Shown here: positions 51,801-60,495 of the stretch, one piece after another
Numbering within the stretch: position 1 is the stretch's first letter
How the letters are laid out: the number at the start of each line of letters is the position of its first letter
Source: Candidatus Thorarchaeota archaeon SMTZ1-45
GTDB taxonomy: Archaea; Asgardarchaeota; Thorarchaeia; Thorarchaeales; Thorarchaeaceae
Direction: 5' to 3'
DNA length: 64,000 bases
Assembly: GCA_001563335.1 (NCBI GenBank)
Contig: LRSL01000109.1
Location: 1-64,000 of the forward strand
Program-made: the position numbers and the translations under genes
The notes under the pieces: model-generated
Databases searched by the model: none
Told to the model about the DNA's origin: nothing
Seen by the model: only the letters and a program-made list of their open reading frames with translations

Positions 51801-52289
51801 TTCTGGGAACTCAGTCAGTTCGACAGCCCCAACCAGACAATCCTTTTTGATCACTCTCTGAGAGATTGCGATTCCAACACTTTGGGGAATGCTTGGGCTT
51901 TCTGGAGGTGATGATGGCACCCTTTGACCATACCACAGCAAGAGTAATGCGGTCACAATTCCAGCAATCATTATGGTTTCAAAGGGGTAGAGGAGTGCGA
52001 TCTGGATGAGAAGCAGGACTCCTCCGACAATGATCGCACCAATTGTGATGACGAATCCACTCAGCCAGAGAATAATTTTGTACTTTGATATCTGTGAAAA
52101 TGCAAGTGTACAAGATCCCAGAAAAAAAATGACACCTGAGAGGAGAAAAGCTTGGAGTTTTAGTTGGGCAGGTCCAAAGGGTACTATCGTTAATAACCAA
52201 AGGCTGATGTATGATGGCAGGAGAGTTGCCATTAAGACTAAACAGAGCTTTGTGATGACTGATCCAGCCCCAGACTTCTCTTCTGACAT
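48801..52289 (-). CDS. Membrane-anchored HerA/VirB4/TraD-like P-loop ATPase
   Basis: About four N-terminal TM helices, HSVIGGDIGNGKT (Walker A), VVIEESHR (Walker B), ESRSAG and LPVGEA; GGAGG RBS. Confidence 0.85.
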   Translation of the reverse strand: MSEEKSGAGSVITKLCLVLMATLLPSYISLWLLTIVPFGPAQLKLQAFLLSGVIFFLGSCTLAFSQISKYKIILWLSGFVITIGAIIVGGVLLLIQIALLYPFETIMIAGIVTALLLLWYGQRVPSSPPESPSIPQSVGIAISQRVIKKDCLVGAVELTEFPEEHLLNKDPDQSKYQPLFNILRVMVLSNFPVGLRYERVRNKMRVLYLTWARKDAELSESLETLADTVKGNLSGFKRKVHARFYAPTISPFATSVTTYLLGEPLTVDDPRQRIDAITVMMEVLLGLQNGIVQFWAIPKRSSNRAVQSLGKQYKTESERAQLTISKPRSILLSGEVQESKTRTDMEAVKKAESLQIQIDRLSNSHLCEVEVSATCWDRDAAIAEKYSRKLAGVLRGTLIPADPQNHLSIETQKSPQEANRLIEGEIVGRTTLLSLEEASVYFSLARNDLGISVADHASFRTNPTTRRGDQKERNKTNGIRLGKVLDDSGTPADDFVIPTNDLTSHSVIGGDIGNGKTVTESNITLELYRLGINFTKLLLSKNEDHLRFLRKVKDILVLTPGDETVTPVRFSLSEFCEGMHVNSVINDMKAIIIAAMPAHGIIKEYMELVIELTFERLGWDRETNTPGLAIVLSDFLETLPLIKEEVQYSTRGNEDVWGALYIRFNKLCSSALNSVFGTTSGITMKELTKKPSLILLYALSKDEQSFFVFWFVSRVARYFEAKKKTEKVYKKGLKYNVVIEESHRILKVETGVKVDEEHGAKQAAVETITTTMKESRSAGVGFTLIAPGFSELTSSAYTIALNIIMHGRGTGSDRKLIGDQMNCTEDQIRMMGSLPVGEAVIRTASISRPVRVRVNDIVVLHPELALGKPVTDEEIIQHMSPFFTQNPHFQTKSAHALKSLKSGELSLRLATIKIDIPRALRLYTMLDSAFFKKVLKTLIETKKSRLGALITRNIARLAGPDDTHVSFDAHHLIWCISKMKEFNPSFLGKIVEELKLLLSLSELPSNHLERYHSRLNSELEWRVSSFKHDAKVTASDVMSAVRMALDEIKKLQSTDQSDNHGVEPDGELEEKVRSIVCTNQFVSRYQPLAQMAADGNYEPLVLLLTTFSRMIAGDGFDITEVVILLLNEARATLDSPVNDALWAAVHDMVQSEINNSGSEVAA

Positions 52290-52714
52290 GAATGACCTCC
52301 AACCTAGTTACTTGTACTCGTTTATCATCTCATATTTAGAAGATAGAAGACATTTCAGCGTTCGGTGGAATATAATTAAGGAATTATAGGGAAGAATTGC
52401 TGCTCTATGTGTTTTAGAATCATCCCGATTGCTAAATTTCGATTATGGGGTTTTATTTTATAAGAAAAAGGCTTATTCCGTGTATTTGATATATGCCAAG
52501 GTCCAAAAGTGCATATTAAAGGTCGGTTTTTCACAGTTTTTCATGTGGTTCGAGCATCTGTCATAAAAAAGGGTGAGTGAGAGAGCTAGATTGATTAGGT
52601 TTCATGCAGGTGAGTTCCTAGTTGAGGCATACCAGATGGTAGGAATACATGAAACAGGTGACGAACTCCTAGAGATCTTACAGAAGAATGGGCATCATAA
52701 GACAAAGAAACTTG

Positions 52715-52846
52715 TTAAGGAACTTCAGTGGGGGTTAGATCGTATCCCCTGTTGGGTGCTCGTCTATACTGTATATCAAAAGCTGGATCAGGAGGCAACT
52801 CAGAAGAAAGTTTGATTGTCATTGCCTTGCTAATATCGAAACTCAT
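52715..52846 (-). pseudogene. Truncated second copy of the hutU 5' end (43 codons)
   Basis: DISKAMTIKLSSELPPDPAFDIQYRRAPNRGYDL vs DPSKAMHIKLSGELPPEPVFDPRIRRAPDRGYNL (24/34 identical by eye). Confidence 0.85.
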
Positions 52847-52923
52847 GGAAACACATCCATTGGTTGTATTTTCTATGAGTACTCCCTTCATAAAAGACTC
52901 GCTAGACAAAATGCTGAGGAGTA

Positions 52924-53301
52924 TTATGAGGGAGGTATGAGCACTTTGAATAAGCTATCTTGGGGTAAATCATCAATATCTAGAGAAGCAGTCCACAGAC
53001 CATCTTGTGACATGACTCCTATTGTTAATCCTTCATCATCAAGTCGAAGCAGATACTCAAGATGTTTGATGAGATTATTAATGGATTGTTTAACGTCTTT
53101 TCGAGTGTTAGGACATGGTTGCCTCGGAAGAGACACCTCAACTTCAATTCTCCAATTTTCTGAGGTTTCAGCATCACGAACAGTGAGAATTCGAACCCAA
53201 TCACTCTGATATAGCACTAATGCGGACTCTTCATTCTCGCTCAAAGACAGCTTGTTCAATGCAAGCATACACTTTGATTTCAACTCAGAATAAGTCAGCA
53301 A
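52924..53301 (-). CDS. Hypothetical protein
   Basis: Start probably TTG 53301 after GGAGTGA; follows the HTH gene. Confidence 0.6.
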   Translation of the reverse strand: MLTYSELKSKCMLALNKLSLSENEESALVLYQSDWVRILTVRDAETSENWRIEVEVSLPRQPCPNTRKDVKQSINNLIKHLEYLLRLDDEGLTIGVMSQDGLWTASLDIDDLPQDSLFKVLIPPS

Positions 53302-53326
53302 TAGATAATCACTCCAAGTAAGGATT

Positions 53327-53587
53327 CTACCTAACAATCGAGCCATATTTGGCAAAGATTGCCCTTGCCTTTTCTTGGTTGACAACATAGAGTGTACTCC
53401 GCATGTCACCAAGATTGGGAATTTTTTCACAAAGGTCTGAACCAACCAAGCGGTCTAACGCAAAAGTTACTGTACGAAGTGGAACATTTGCTTCCTTGCT
53501 AATTACTCTTGGAGGTAGAGGACCTCTGGTTGTTAAATGCTGTAGAACACGAAGTGCACTTTTTGGTAATCTTATCAAGTGTCGCAA
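53327..53587 (-). CDS. Small wHTH (MarR-like) regulator
   Basis: LPKSAL...GPL...RTVTFAL..L...PNLGDMR..LY. Confidence 0.8.
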   Translation of the reverse strand: MRHLIRLPKSALRVLQHLTTRGPLPPRVISKEANVPLRTVTFALDRLVGSDLCEKIPNLGDMRSTLYVVNQEKARAIFAKYGSIVR

Positions 53588-53798
53588 AGATGATCACCAC
53601 CATAATGTACAATTGAAATTCTGGTTTTGTATTCATGTCACGTCCTTAGTTCAGAATTCGACATAATTGGCTCAGTTTGACTGTAGTTTTATGAAGCGAT
53701 AGCTTCCGAAATGGAACACATGGAAGATGGCCTAAGACATTGTGTTTTTTAGGTGAAATTGGAGGTTTCTACAATGGTTTGCTAGAGGTTTGTAACTA

Positions 53799-54929
53799 AT
53801 GAGTAGTGTCTGGACCAAGGCTAGGAAGAACACACCAGAGATTGATTGTGGTCTATGTGGTTTCACTACCTGTGGAGCTTTTGCACGATCAGTTGTCGTT
53901 GGAAGCGTGGAGATATCAGCTTGTCCTATTCTCGGTCTAGAGCGCTTTAGAGTAGAGAGAGAGGAGCTAAAAACCCTTTCAAGAGATGTGAAAAATACCG
54001 AAAAACCAGCTCCTGAGCAACCAGAAAGAGGTGTTCTTCTTTCAAAGCCTTGTACAGATTCTCCAGATCTACTCATGGCAGAGATGAGGATCTTCAATGG
54101 AGTATCTCCAGGAGATCCAATGAAATACGGAGTCCTTGATCCTTCAATACTCTGCTGGTTTTTAGACTGTGTTTCATCAAGATATGAAGACATGCGCTGT
54201 AGTAAAGAGCTTGCTTATGCATGGGGAAATATGGAGGAAATCAAAGTTCACATACTTAGAGATGGTCGAGTGAGAATGCGTAGAGCAAGAGGAGCGGATC
54301 ATGCGCTTGACTCGTTCAAAATTATCGAACGCACAGTTATGGGTGCGATAATTTGTAACTGTTGTGGGCAGGATCTTCTATCAGTTCTAGCTGGTCTTGT
54401 AAAGTCAACAGAAGAATATCATACCGTACTTAGAGCCGGGAGTACAGTGTTCCTGAACCGAGAGTTTGTTCAATGGATACCAAGCAATCAAATTCCAGAT
54501 ATAAAACCGGTTGCAGAGATGAGTAATCTGATTGATGAGCTCTACTCAGACATGACAAAGCGTGTTGATCAATTGATATCAGGAAACTATTCGAATGAAA
54601 GAACAAACGAAACACGCAGCAAGATATGCAAAATCATAAGTCTAATGGTCGATCCTCTAATGCGAGGAAACGAAACCATATTCCTAAGAGGGTTGGCACT
54701 TGCCTTCTTCATAGATAATGCGGTCATTGGTCTGAATTCTTTACATCAGCTATCAACTGAAGGACAGGTTGATCAAAAGTACGTTGTCAAACTCATGAGA
54801 ATAACAAAGAATTTGGATATGCAAGAGTATAAACCTGATACAATGAATGGCTCAGAGATTCTTGCATTTGCACACTGTAATAGAGTTGGTAGAGCATTCC
54901 AACTCTATGATAAATGGAAGAGAAATTGA
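53799..54929 (+). CDS. Fe-S cluster-binding domain protein
   Basis: N-terminal DCGLCGFTTC..FA......CP motif; ICNCCG. Confidence 0.75.
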   Translation: MSSVWTKARKNTPEIDCGLCGFTTCGAFARSVVVGSVEISACPILGLERFRVEREELKTLSRDVKNTEKPAPEQPERGVLLSKPCTDSPDLLMAEMRIFNGVSPGDPMKYGVLDPSILCWFLDCVSSRYEDMRCSKELAYAWGNMEEIKVHILRDGRVRMRRARGADHALDSFKIIERTVMGAIICNCCGQDLLSVLAGLVKSTEEYHTVLRAGSTVFLNREFVQWIPSNQIPDIKPVAEMSNLIDELYSDMTKRVDQLISGNYSNERTNETRSKICKIISLMVDPLMRGNETIFLRGLALAFFIDNAVIGLNSLHQLSTEGQVDQKYVVKLMRITKNLDMQEYKPDTMNGSEILAFAHCNRVGRAFQLYDKWKRN

Positions 54930-54930
54930 A

Positions 54931-55233
54931 TTACATCATTTTGTGCCAAGCCATGGGTGGAATGCTTGACACATATGGGGTGTCTTTGTATCTCTCCAAC
55001 AGACTCCTTGCTTGATCCATATTCACATGGTATTTTGGTCGACGCATATCATGCAGGTTTGGAATTCGACGCAGAATCTTCTTGCTCAATAATTGCTTGA
55101 GTGCAAAACTAACAGTACGGGGAGCCATATCTAATTTGACACTGAGTTCCTTTGGACACATGGGCCCATCAATAATCAACGCACTCAAGATTGTGAAGGT
55201 GCTTCGGGGAGTTCTACCAGCTCTTATCGCCAC
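54931..55233 (-). CDS. Small wHTH (MarR-like) regulator, paralog of 53327-53587
   Basis: GPM...RTVSFAL..L...PNLHDMR..Y. Confidence 0.8.
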   Translation of the reverse strand: MAIRAGRTPRSTFTILSALIIDGPMCPKELSVKLDMAPRTVSFALKQLLSKKILRRIPNLHDMRRPKYHVNMDQARSLLERYKDTPYVSSIPPMAWHKMM

Positions 55234-55434
55234 CTTTCAGTTCCTCCAAGATTCTTTTCAACATTTTTGAGTTATAGAATTAGAATATCTATTTGTGTGA
55301 AATCAATGGGTTTGAAATATACAGGACAACCTATGAAAGGAGCTAAAAACCGAAACAACTGTTGCGGATTTGAGACGTAAAGTGTAGGATTGAGATTCTC
55401 CTAAAACATATCAGGAACGTTGTAGCAATTAGCA

Positions 55435-55803
55435 GTGGTGCATGGATTGGCAGGGATTGTGTTCTTCAAAACAACGATGCTCCAAGAAATAGTTGAATTC
55501 TATGTGAGCGATGTGGGAATGTATGTGTGGTTAGAGCAAGAGGATTGCATCATTCTTAGTCATGGAAATCTTCTCCTGGGATTCTGCCATCGTGAGTCTT
55601 CAGATGTGGAGGGATTAATTACATTCTTTTATCCCACAAGAGAGGATGTTGACGCAATGTATGAAATGCTAAGCTATATCGCCACCTCTCAACCCGTGGA
55701 GAATGAGAAGTATCAGATTTACCAGTTCTTCGCTCAAGATCCAGAAGGAAGAATATTAGAGTTTCAGACGTTCTTGCATCCAATTGAACCAATTGGTTTC
55801 TAA
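55435..55803 (+). CDS. VOC/glyoxalase-family protein
   Basis: FY..VG, DVDAMYE and FFAQDPEGRILEFQ. Confidence 0.85.
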   Translation: MVHGLAGIVFFKTTMLQEIVEFYVSDVGMYVWLEQEDCIILSHGNLLLGFCHRESSDVEGLITFFYPTREDVDAMYEMLSYIATSQPVENEKYQIYQFFAQDPEGRILEFQTFLHPIEPIGF

Positions 55804-55841
55804 GCTTCAATATTAAACTTCAAAAAAGGACTGAACCATTA

Positions 55842-55867
55842 GAGCATCCTAAGTAGATAGGATGTTC
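55842..55867. terminator. Stem-loop between convergent genes
   Basis: GAGCATCCTA-N6-TAGGATGTTC. Confidence 0.4.
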
Positions 55868-55997
55868 GTATTCTCTCATTATGTCAATCCTCATCGAATC
55901 TACTAATTGTAGTTACTCTTTGTTTAGTGATCATCCAACTCCCTAAGAGGACGAACTCAAGTTGTTTATGCATTTTGTTAGAGTATGTGGCTGAAAA

Positions 55998-56570
55998 TCA
56001 AATGGCAACGAGGGTACTGCTCTCTGCCGACCACCCAAGTTCCTTTGCAGTTTTGAATGCTTCACTAGACTCAGAATATTTTCCTAAAATCCATAGTAAA
56101 AGTCGAAGTTTATTCCAGAGATCAGGATTCTTGCTGTCAGCCTTTATTTCAGCACGTACACTCTTCTCGAGTTTTTTATACCGCTTTTTCTCTTCACGCC
56201 TAGATTCGTCTGCTCTCTTGAGAACCTCCTGAATCTGTTCGCTTAGAATTCCAATAGGATGTGTTAGGAATTCCTCAGGTCTATCACGCATGAATGTGTT
56301 GATTGCAGATTTAGGCGTATCCTTTACTCGCCATAATTCTGCGGTGAGTAATTGATTTTCATAATCGTACTGCATGAATTCCATCAAAGCCATCAAATTC
56401 TTGGTTACAAGATGGTCATCCCCAAGAGTCTTCTTGCACCAATCTAGCTCTCGATATACAAGCTCAGACCCAACATCATAGAGAACGCTAGGAGTAGCAT
56501 CAAGCTTCTTCAAATCGTTCATTAGGTCTTTTATTGTGTATAATTTTCTATCAGGCAATTTAGGAGACAC
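55998..56570 (-). CDS. Hypothetical protein with a C-terminal TPR-like repeat
   Basis: NPDLWNKL..LLWILGKYSESSEAFKTA.ELG. Confidence 0.65.
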   Translation of the reverse strand: MSPKLPDRKLYTIKDLMNDLKKLDATPSVLYDVGSELVYRELDWCKKTLGDDHLVTKNLMALMEFMQYDYENQLLTAELWRVKDTPKSAINTFMRDRPEEFLTHPIGILSEQIQEVLKRADESRREEKKRYKKLEKSVRAEIKADSKNPDLWNKLRLLLWILGKYSESSEAFKTAKELGWSAESSTLVAI

Positions 56571-56657
56571 TGCAGCGTCACCACCAATAATGTTTCGTAA
56601 ATGTAATTAATAGTTGATAAATTAACTCAGCGTGTAGCTCCAAAATGAACCAATGAG

Positions 56658-58010
56658 TTATTCAGAGATTCGTTTGACATACATTTCAATATCGAACTTC
56701 CTTCTGAGACCATTAGCATTCATATACCGTACTTTACCAAAGATTTCTCGCTCTTTCCAAGCTCGGTCATGTTTTCCAAAACACCAAGCTATACCTGCGT
56801 AACCATTTGAGTCTCGACCATCAAGTTCGTATTTGTCATTCAGAGTGATACAAGTATTGTAAGCCTCCTCAGGAGAGTCGCTCCACTCAATGATCTTCTT
56901 GCCCCAGTACATCCTCATGTATCCATGCATCTTTCCGTATACGGTCATTTCCTTCTGAGCAGCATTCCAGTAGGAGTCATGAGTTTTCGCTCTTTCCAAA
57001 TCATTAAGTTTGTAAGTATACTCTCGTAGGTCCATTGAATGCAGATCTAGAGTTTCCTTTGCCCAATTCGGGAGACATTCTATGTTATCATAATTCTCGT
57101 TGAAGAAGACGAAGTTCATACTCAGTTCCCTTCGGACTATTAGTTCCTCAAGATAGCTCTCTGAGCCAGGGCTATTTGAGTTCAAGATTTCAAGAGCTAT
57201 TTCCAATGGAGAGATTTGTCCAAAATGGAGAAAAGGACTCATATTTGAAAGACGGTCCTCGGCAGGGTCATTCCGCAACGTTTCAAAAACGACTAAGTCA
57301 TTGCATATGAAGTTTCTCAATAGTTGTCTTGCAGAGGTTAGCCCGCCTTGGAACCGAATCTTCTGAGGTTTCTGATTCTTAATTCGAAGTTTCATTAGCA
57401 CATCTTCAACATCTGTGAATTGAATACCATCAAGACCAATGTCCTCATAGACATTTTTGACTCGTCGTTTTTGTAAGGGCGTCAAGTATTTGTCAAGAAC
57501 CTTACTTATTTTTGGACGAATCGTTCCTGCTGAATATTCTTCTTTTTGGGATACTGTTTCAATTGGAACAATCACATTCGACTCAACCTGTATTAGAGGA
57601 CACTCAAGCGATTGAGCCACTTTCCGCCGCCAGTTTCTCTGATTCTGTTGATAGTCTCTATCAACTACAACCAATGATGCATCTGTACTAAGGGACGGGA
57701 TGATCTTCTTCGGGTCCCCATGATGAATTGCGAAACCAATTCCTCTTTTTTTCAACGATTCTTTTACCTCATATAGACCCTGAAGCATGAATCGATAATG
57801 TGAGATGTTGGCACGGGGATAGTTATCAACTAGGCAAAATACAGCTAAGAGCGGTTGATTGTATTTGTTTGACTGCTCAATGGCATATTCTAAAGCATGA
57901 TTGAATTCAGTCCTCTGAGATGACTGCATCCAATAAAGGACATAATTCCCGGTCTTTACCGCATTGGAGTTTAAGAAGCGAATCCGGTCTTTATTGATCA
58001 ATTCAGGCAC
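56658..58010 (-). CDS. Class II CPD photolyase
   Basis: YVLYWM, SPFLHFGQIS, LEELIVRREL, GKMHGYMRMYWGKKI and DGRD.NGY. Confidence 0.93.
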   Translation of the reverse strand: MPELINKDRIRFLNSNAVKTGNYVLYWMQSSQRTEFNHALEYAIEQSNKYNQPLLAVFCLVDNYPRANISHYRFMLQGLYEVKESLKKRGIGFAIHHGDPKKIIPSLSTDASLVVVDRDYQQNQRNWRRKVAQSLECPLIQVESNVIVPIETVSQKEEYSAGTIRPKISKVLDKYLTPLQKRRVKNVYEDIGLDGIQFTDVEDVLMKLRIKNQKPQKIRFQGGLTSARQLLRNFICNDLVVFETLRNDPAEDRLSNMSPFLHFGQISPLEIALEILNSNSPGSESYLEELIVRRELSMNFVFFNENYDNIECLPNWAKETLDLHSMDLREYTYKLNDLERAKTHDSYWNAAQKEMTVYGKMHGYMRMYWGKKIIEWSDSPEEAYNTCITLNDKYELDGRDSNGYAGIAWCFGKHDRAWKEREIFGKVRYMNANGLRRKFDIEMYVKRISE

Positions 58011-58046
58011 TCTCTTTAAAATAGACCTTTTGAAGAATTAGTTCTT

Positions 58047-58817
58047 CTAGAAAGGTATTTCCCAAAGCATCCATGGTGGCAGTGGTATAAAGAATCTCAC
58101 ATAAACAACAAAAACTAGTACAAACAGTGAAATCATGACAACTGCCCACTCACGTCTTCTGAATTTAAGGACAGTCATGTAAGTTCTATTCTCACTAAAG
58201 CCAAATCCTCTGGATTCCATACTCTCTGCAATTGATAATGCTCTTCTGATTGACACAATTATCAATGGAACGATAATGGGCACAATGTTGCGAATTCGCT
58301 TGAGTAGATTTCCTTTGTCAAGCTCTACTCCTCTCGCTTTCTGAGCGTCCATTATTGCATAGGCTTCTTGTCCAAGCGTTGGAACATATCTCATCGCCAT
58401 ACTCATTGCGAAAGCGAACTCAAATCTAACACGCATCTGAATCAATGCTTGTGAAAGCTCATCAGGATGTACAGTCAGAAAGAAGACCGAAAATGAAGTC
58501 ATCAAAGCTACAAGTCGAAGAGTCAGTGCTATCGAGTGCGAGAAAGGATTAGGCTGAGTAGATAACAAAGTATTGAATATGATGATGAAAATAAGCAAAA
58601 TGGATAACCCTCTCATGCTACGAGTCCATCTGCCAATTGATTTTGCAGCAGCAATGATAGGAATTAGAAACGAGAATATGATTAGGAGCGGTATTATCGA
58701 TAGGAATAGAAGTGACACCACTGCAAGCACAATAGACAAGAACAGCTTTGCACGGGGGTCTAATCTGTGAATCACAGAGTCTTGACGAGTATATTGAAAG
58801 ATTTCAAGGAATGACAG
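58047..58817 (-). CDS. ecfT: ECF transporter transmembrane T component
   Basis: HRLDPRAK, RYVP, AQKARG and MESRGF. Start proposed at CTG 58817. Confidence 0.9.
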   Translation of the reverse strand: MSFLEIFQYTRQDSVIHRLDPRAKLFLSIVLAVVSLLFLSIIPLLIIFSFLIPIIAAAKSIGRWTRSMRGLSILLIFIIIFNTLLSTQPNPFSHSIALTLRLVALMTSFSVFFLTVHPDELSQALIQMRVRFEFAFAMSMAMRYVPTLGQEAYAIMDAQKARGVELDKGNLLKRIRNIVPIIVPLIIVSIRRALSIAESMESRGFGFSENRTYMTVLKFRRREWAVVMISLFVLVFVVYVRFFIPLPPWMLWEIPF

Positions 58818-58818
58818 T

Positions 58819-59643
58819 TTATATACCTCCCAAGATTTTGACCACGATCTCTTCGAGGTCATCCATTAGCGTTAATCTTTCTGGAACATCTGGAAACACA
58901 TTATGCAGACATCTGGCGGTTTCTGTTAGCTGCGGTCTCGTAAGAGAGCACATCTCAATTACTTCATTATTACTTAGAACTGAGTTTGTAGGACCATCAG
59001 CTATTATTCTCCCATTGGCCATCGCAACAGTGCGAGGAAAGTTTTCAATAACAAACTCGATATCATGAGTGACTACAATAACTGCTTTGCCTTTCTCATT
59101 AAGCTCATTCAACATCATAGCAAGGGTCTCTTTTTGTCTTGCATCTTGCCCAATCGTGGGTTCATCAAGTGATAGAACTCTTGGTTGTGTGGCAAGTACT
59201 GAAGCAAGAGCTACTCGCTTTCGTTCGCCCCCAGACAACGTGAATGGAGACCGATCTGAGAGAGCTTCGAGGCCCAGATGATTTAGTGTCTGTTTACATC
59301 GTATCTTAGATTCTTCTTTTGAATATCCGAGGTTCTCCAGACTAAATAAGACCTCACGTTCTACACTGTCTAGGAAGAGTTGGTGGTCAGGGTTTTGCAT
59401 CACAAGCCCAATCTCACGAGCAAGTTCTGCGACAGAGTAGTGTTTTGTATCTACACCATCTAAGATTACACGACCCTTATCAGGACGAAGCAGACCATTT
59501 AGATGCTTCACTAATGTGGTTTTTCCAGCACCATTACTTCCCATTATTGCAACACTTTCACCTTCATCAATTTGGAGAGAGACTCCACGAAGTGCTGTGT
59601 ATAAGCCATCATAAGCAAAATGCACATCTTCCAGGATTATCAT
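58819..59643 (-). CDS. ECF transporter ATPase A2
   Basis: GSNGAGKTT, QNPDHQ, LSGGE, LDEPT and THD; start ATG 59643. Confidence 0.92.
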   Translation of the reverse strand: MIILEDVHFAYDGLYTALRGVSLQIDEGESVAIMGSNGAGKTTLVKHLNGLLRPDKGRVILDGVDTKHYSVAELAREIGLVMQNPDHQLFLDSVEREVLFSLENLGYSKEESKIRCKQTLNHLGLEALSDRSPFTLSGGERKRVALASVLATQPRVLSLDEPTIGQDARQKETLAMMLNELNEKGKAVIVVTHDIEFVIENFPRTVAMANGRIIADGPTNSVLSNNEVIEMCSLTRPQLTETARCLHNVFPDVPERLTLMDDLEEIVVKILGGI

Positions 59644-60482
59644 CCGTTTTTGACCTCCTGGACAATTGTTGCCAGTTCTGCGCCTGTGAGCGGTACTTTG
59701 TTGAGAACAATCCCCCGGTCTTTCAATCGTTTGTATAGTTGTGTTGCCTTCGGAATTCCAACACCAATCTCTTGGCAAAGGTCCATTGTCAAAATTTCAC
59801 GAGGTTCACCATCAGCTACGATACTGCCTTTGTCCATCAATATTACTCGAGATGCATCTTTTGAAACCAAATCTAATCTATGTTCAACAAGTACTACAGT
59901 CATATCGCGGTGGTTTAGCTCTGCTATCAAATCAAGAATAGTTGCAGCACTCTGAGGATCTAGATTTGAAGTGGGTTCGTCAGCCACAAGTATCTTTGGT
60001 TTAAGCGCCAACGTTGCAGCCATTGCTACTCTCTGTTGTTCTCCTCCTGACATTTCGTGAGGGTGTTTCTCCCGTAGATGCTCAAGGTCCAACATCTCAA
60101 TAAGTTCCTCGACTCTTCGACGCACTTCATTTGGTTCAACGCCAAGATTCTCAGGACCGAAAGCAATCTCACGTTCTACGTTCAATGTGACAAGCTGATT
60201 CTCTGGTTGTTGAAATACTAACCCAGCGATTGTAGCAAGTTCAGCAACACTACAATCTCTCGTGCTTTTCCCATCAATTATTACATTACCAGCAATGTAG
60301 CCACGATGAAATTGTGGTACAAGACCATTGATAGCTCGACATAGAGTAGTCTTTCCGCAGCCACTGGGACCAGTAAGAACAACATATTCACCCTCCTCTA
60401 TGCGGAGGTTTATTTTCCGAAGTGCTAGAGTTTCTGCTCCTAGATACTTGAAACTGAAGTCTGCAAACTCTATCAGGGGCAC
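59640..60482 (-). CDS. ECF transporter ATPase A1
   Basis: GPSGCGKTT, QPENQ, MSGGEQQR, DEPT and EH; start GTG 60482. Confidence 0.92.
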   Translation of the reverse strand: MPLIEFADFSFKYLGAETLALRKINLRIEEGEYVVLTGPSGCGKTTLCRAINGLVPQFHRGYIAGNVIIDGKSTRDCSVAELATIAGLVFQQPENQLVTLNVEREIAFGPENLGVEPNEVRRRVEELIEMLDLEHLREKHPHEMSGGEQQRVAMAATLALKPKILVADEPTSNLDPQSAATILDLIAELNHRDMTVVLVEHRLDLVSKDASRVILMDKGSIVADGEPREILTMDLCQEIGVGIPKATQLYKRLKDRGIVLNKVPLTGAELATIVQEVKNG

Positions 60483-60495
60483 TCTAGGGTTCCTC

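Larger units (their letters stand above)
45154..52714. mobile_element. Putative integrated island between two hutU 5' ends
   Basis: Bounded by the hutU start (45153) and a diverged hutU 5' remnant (52715-52846); carries ATPase and LAGLIDADG genes; composition shifts; no integrase seen. Confidence 0.55.
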
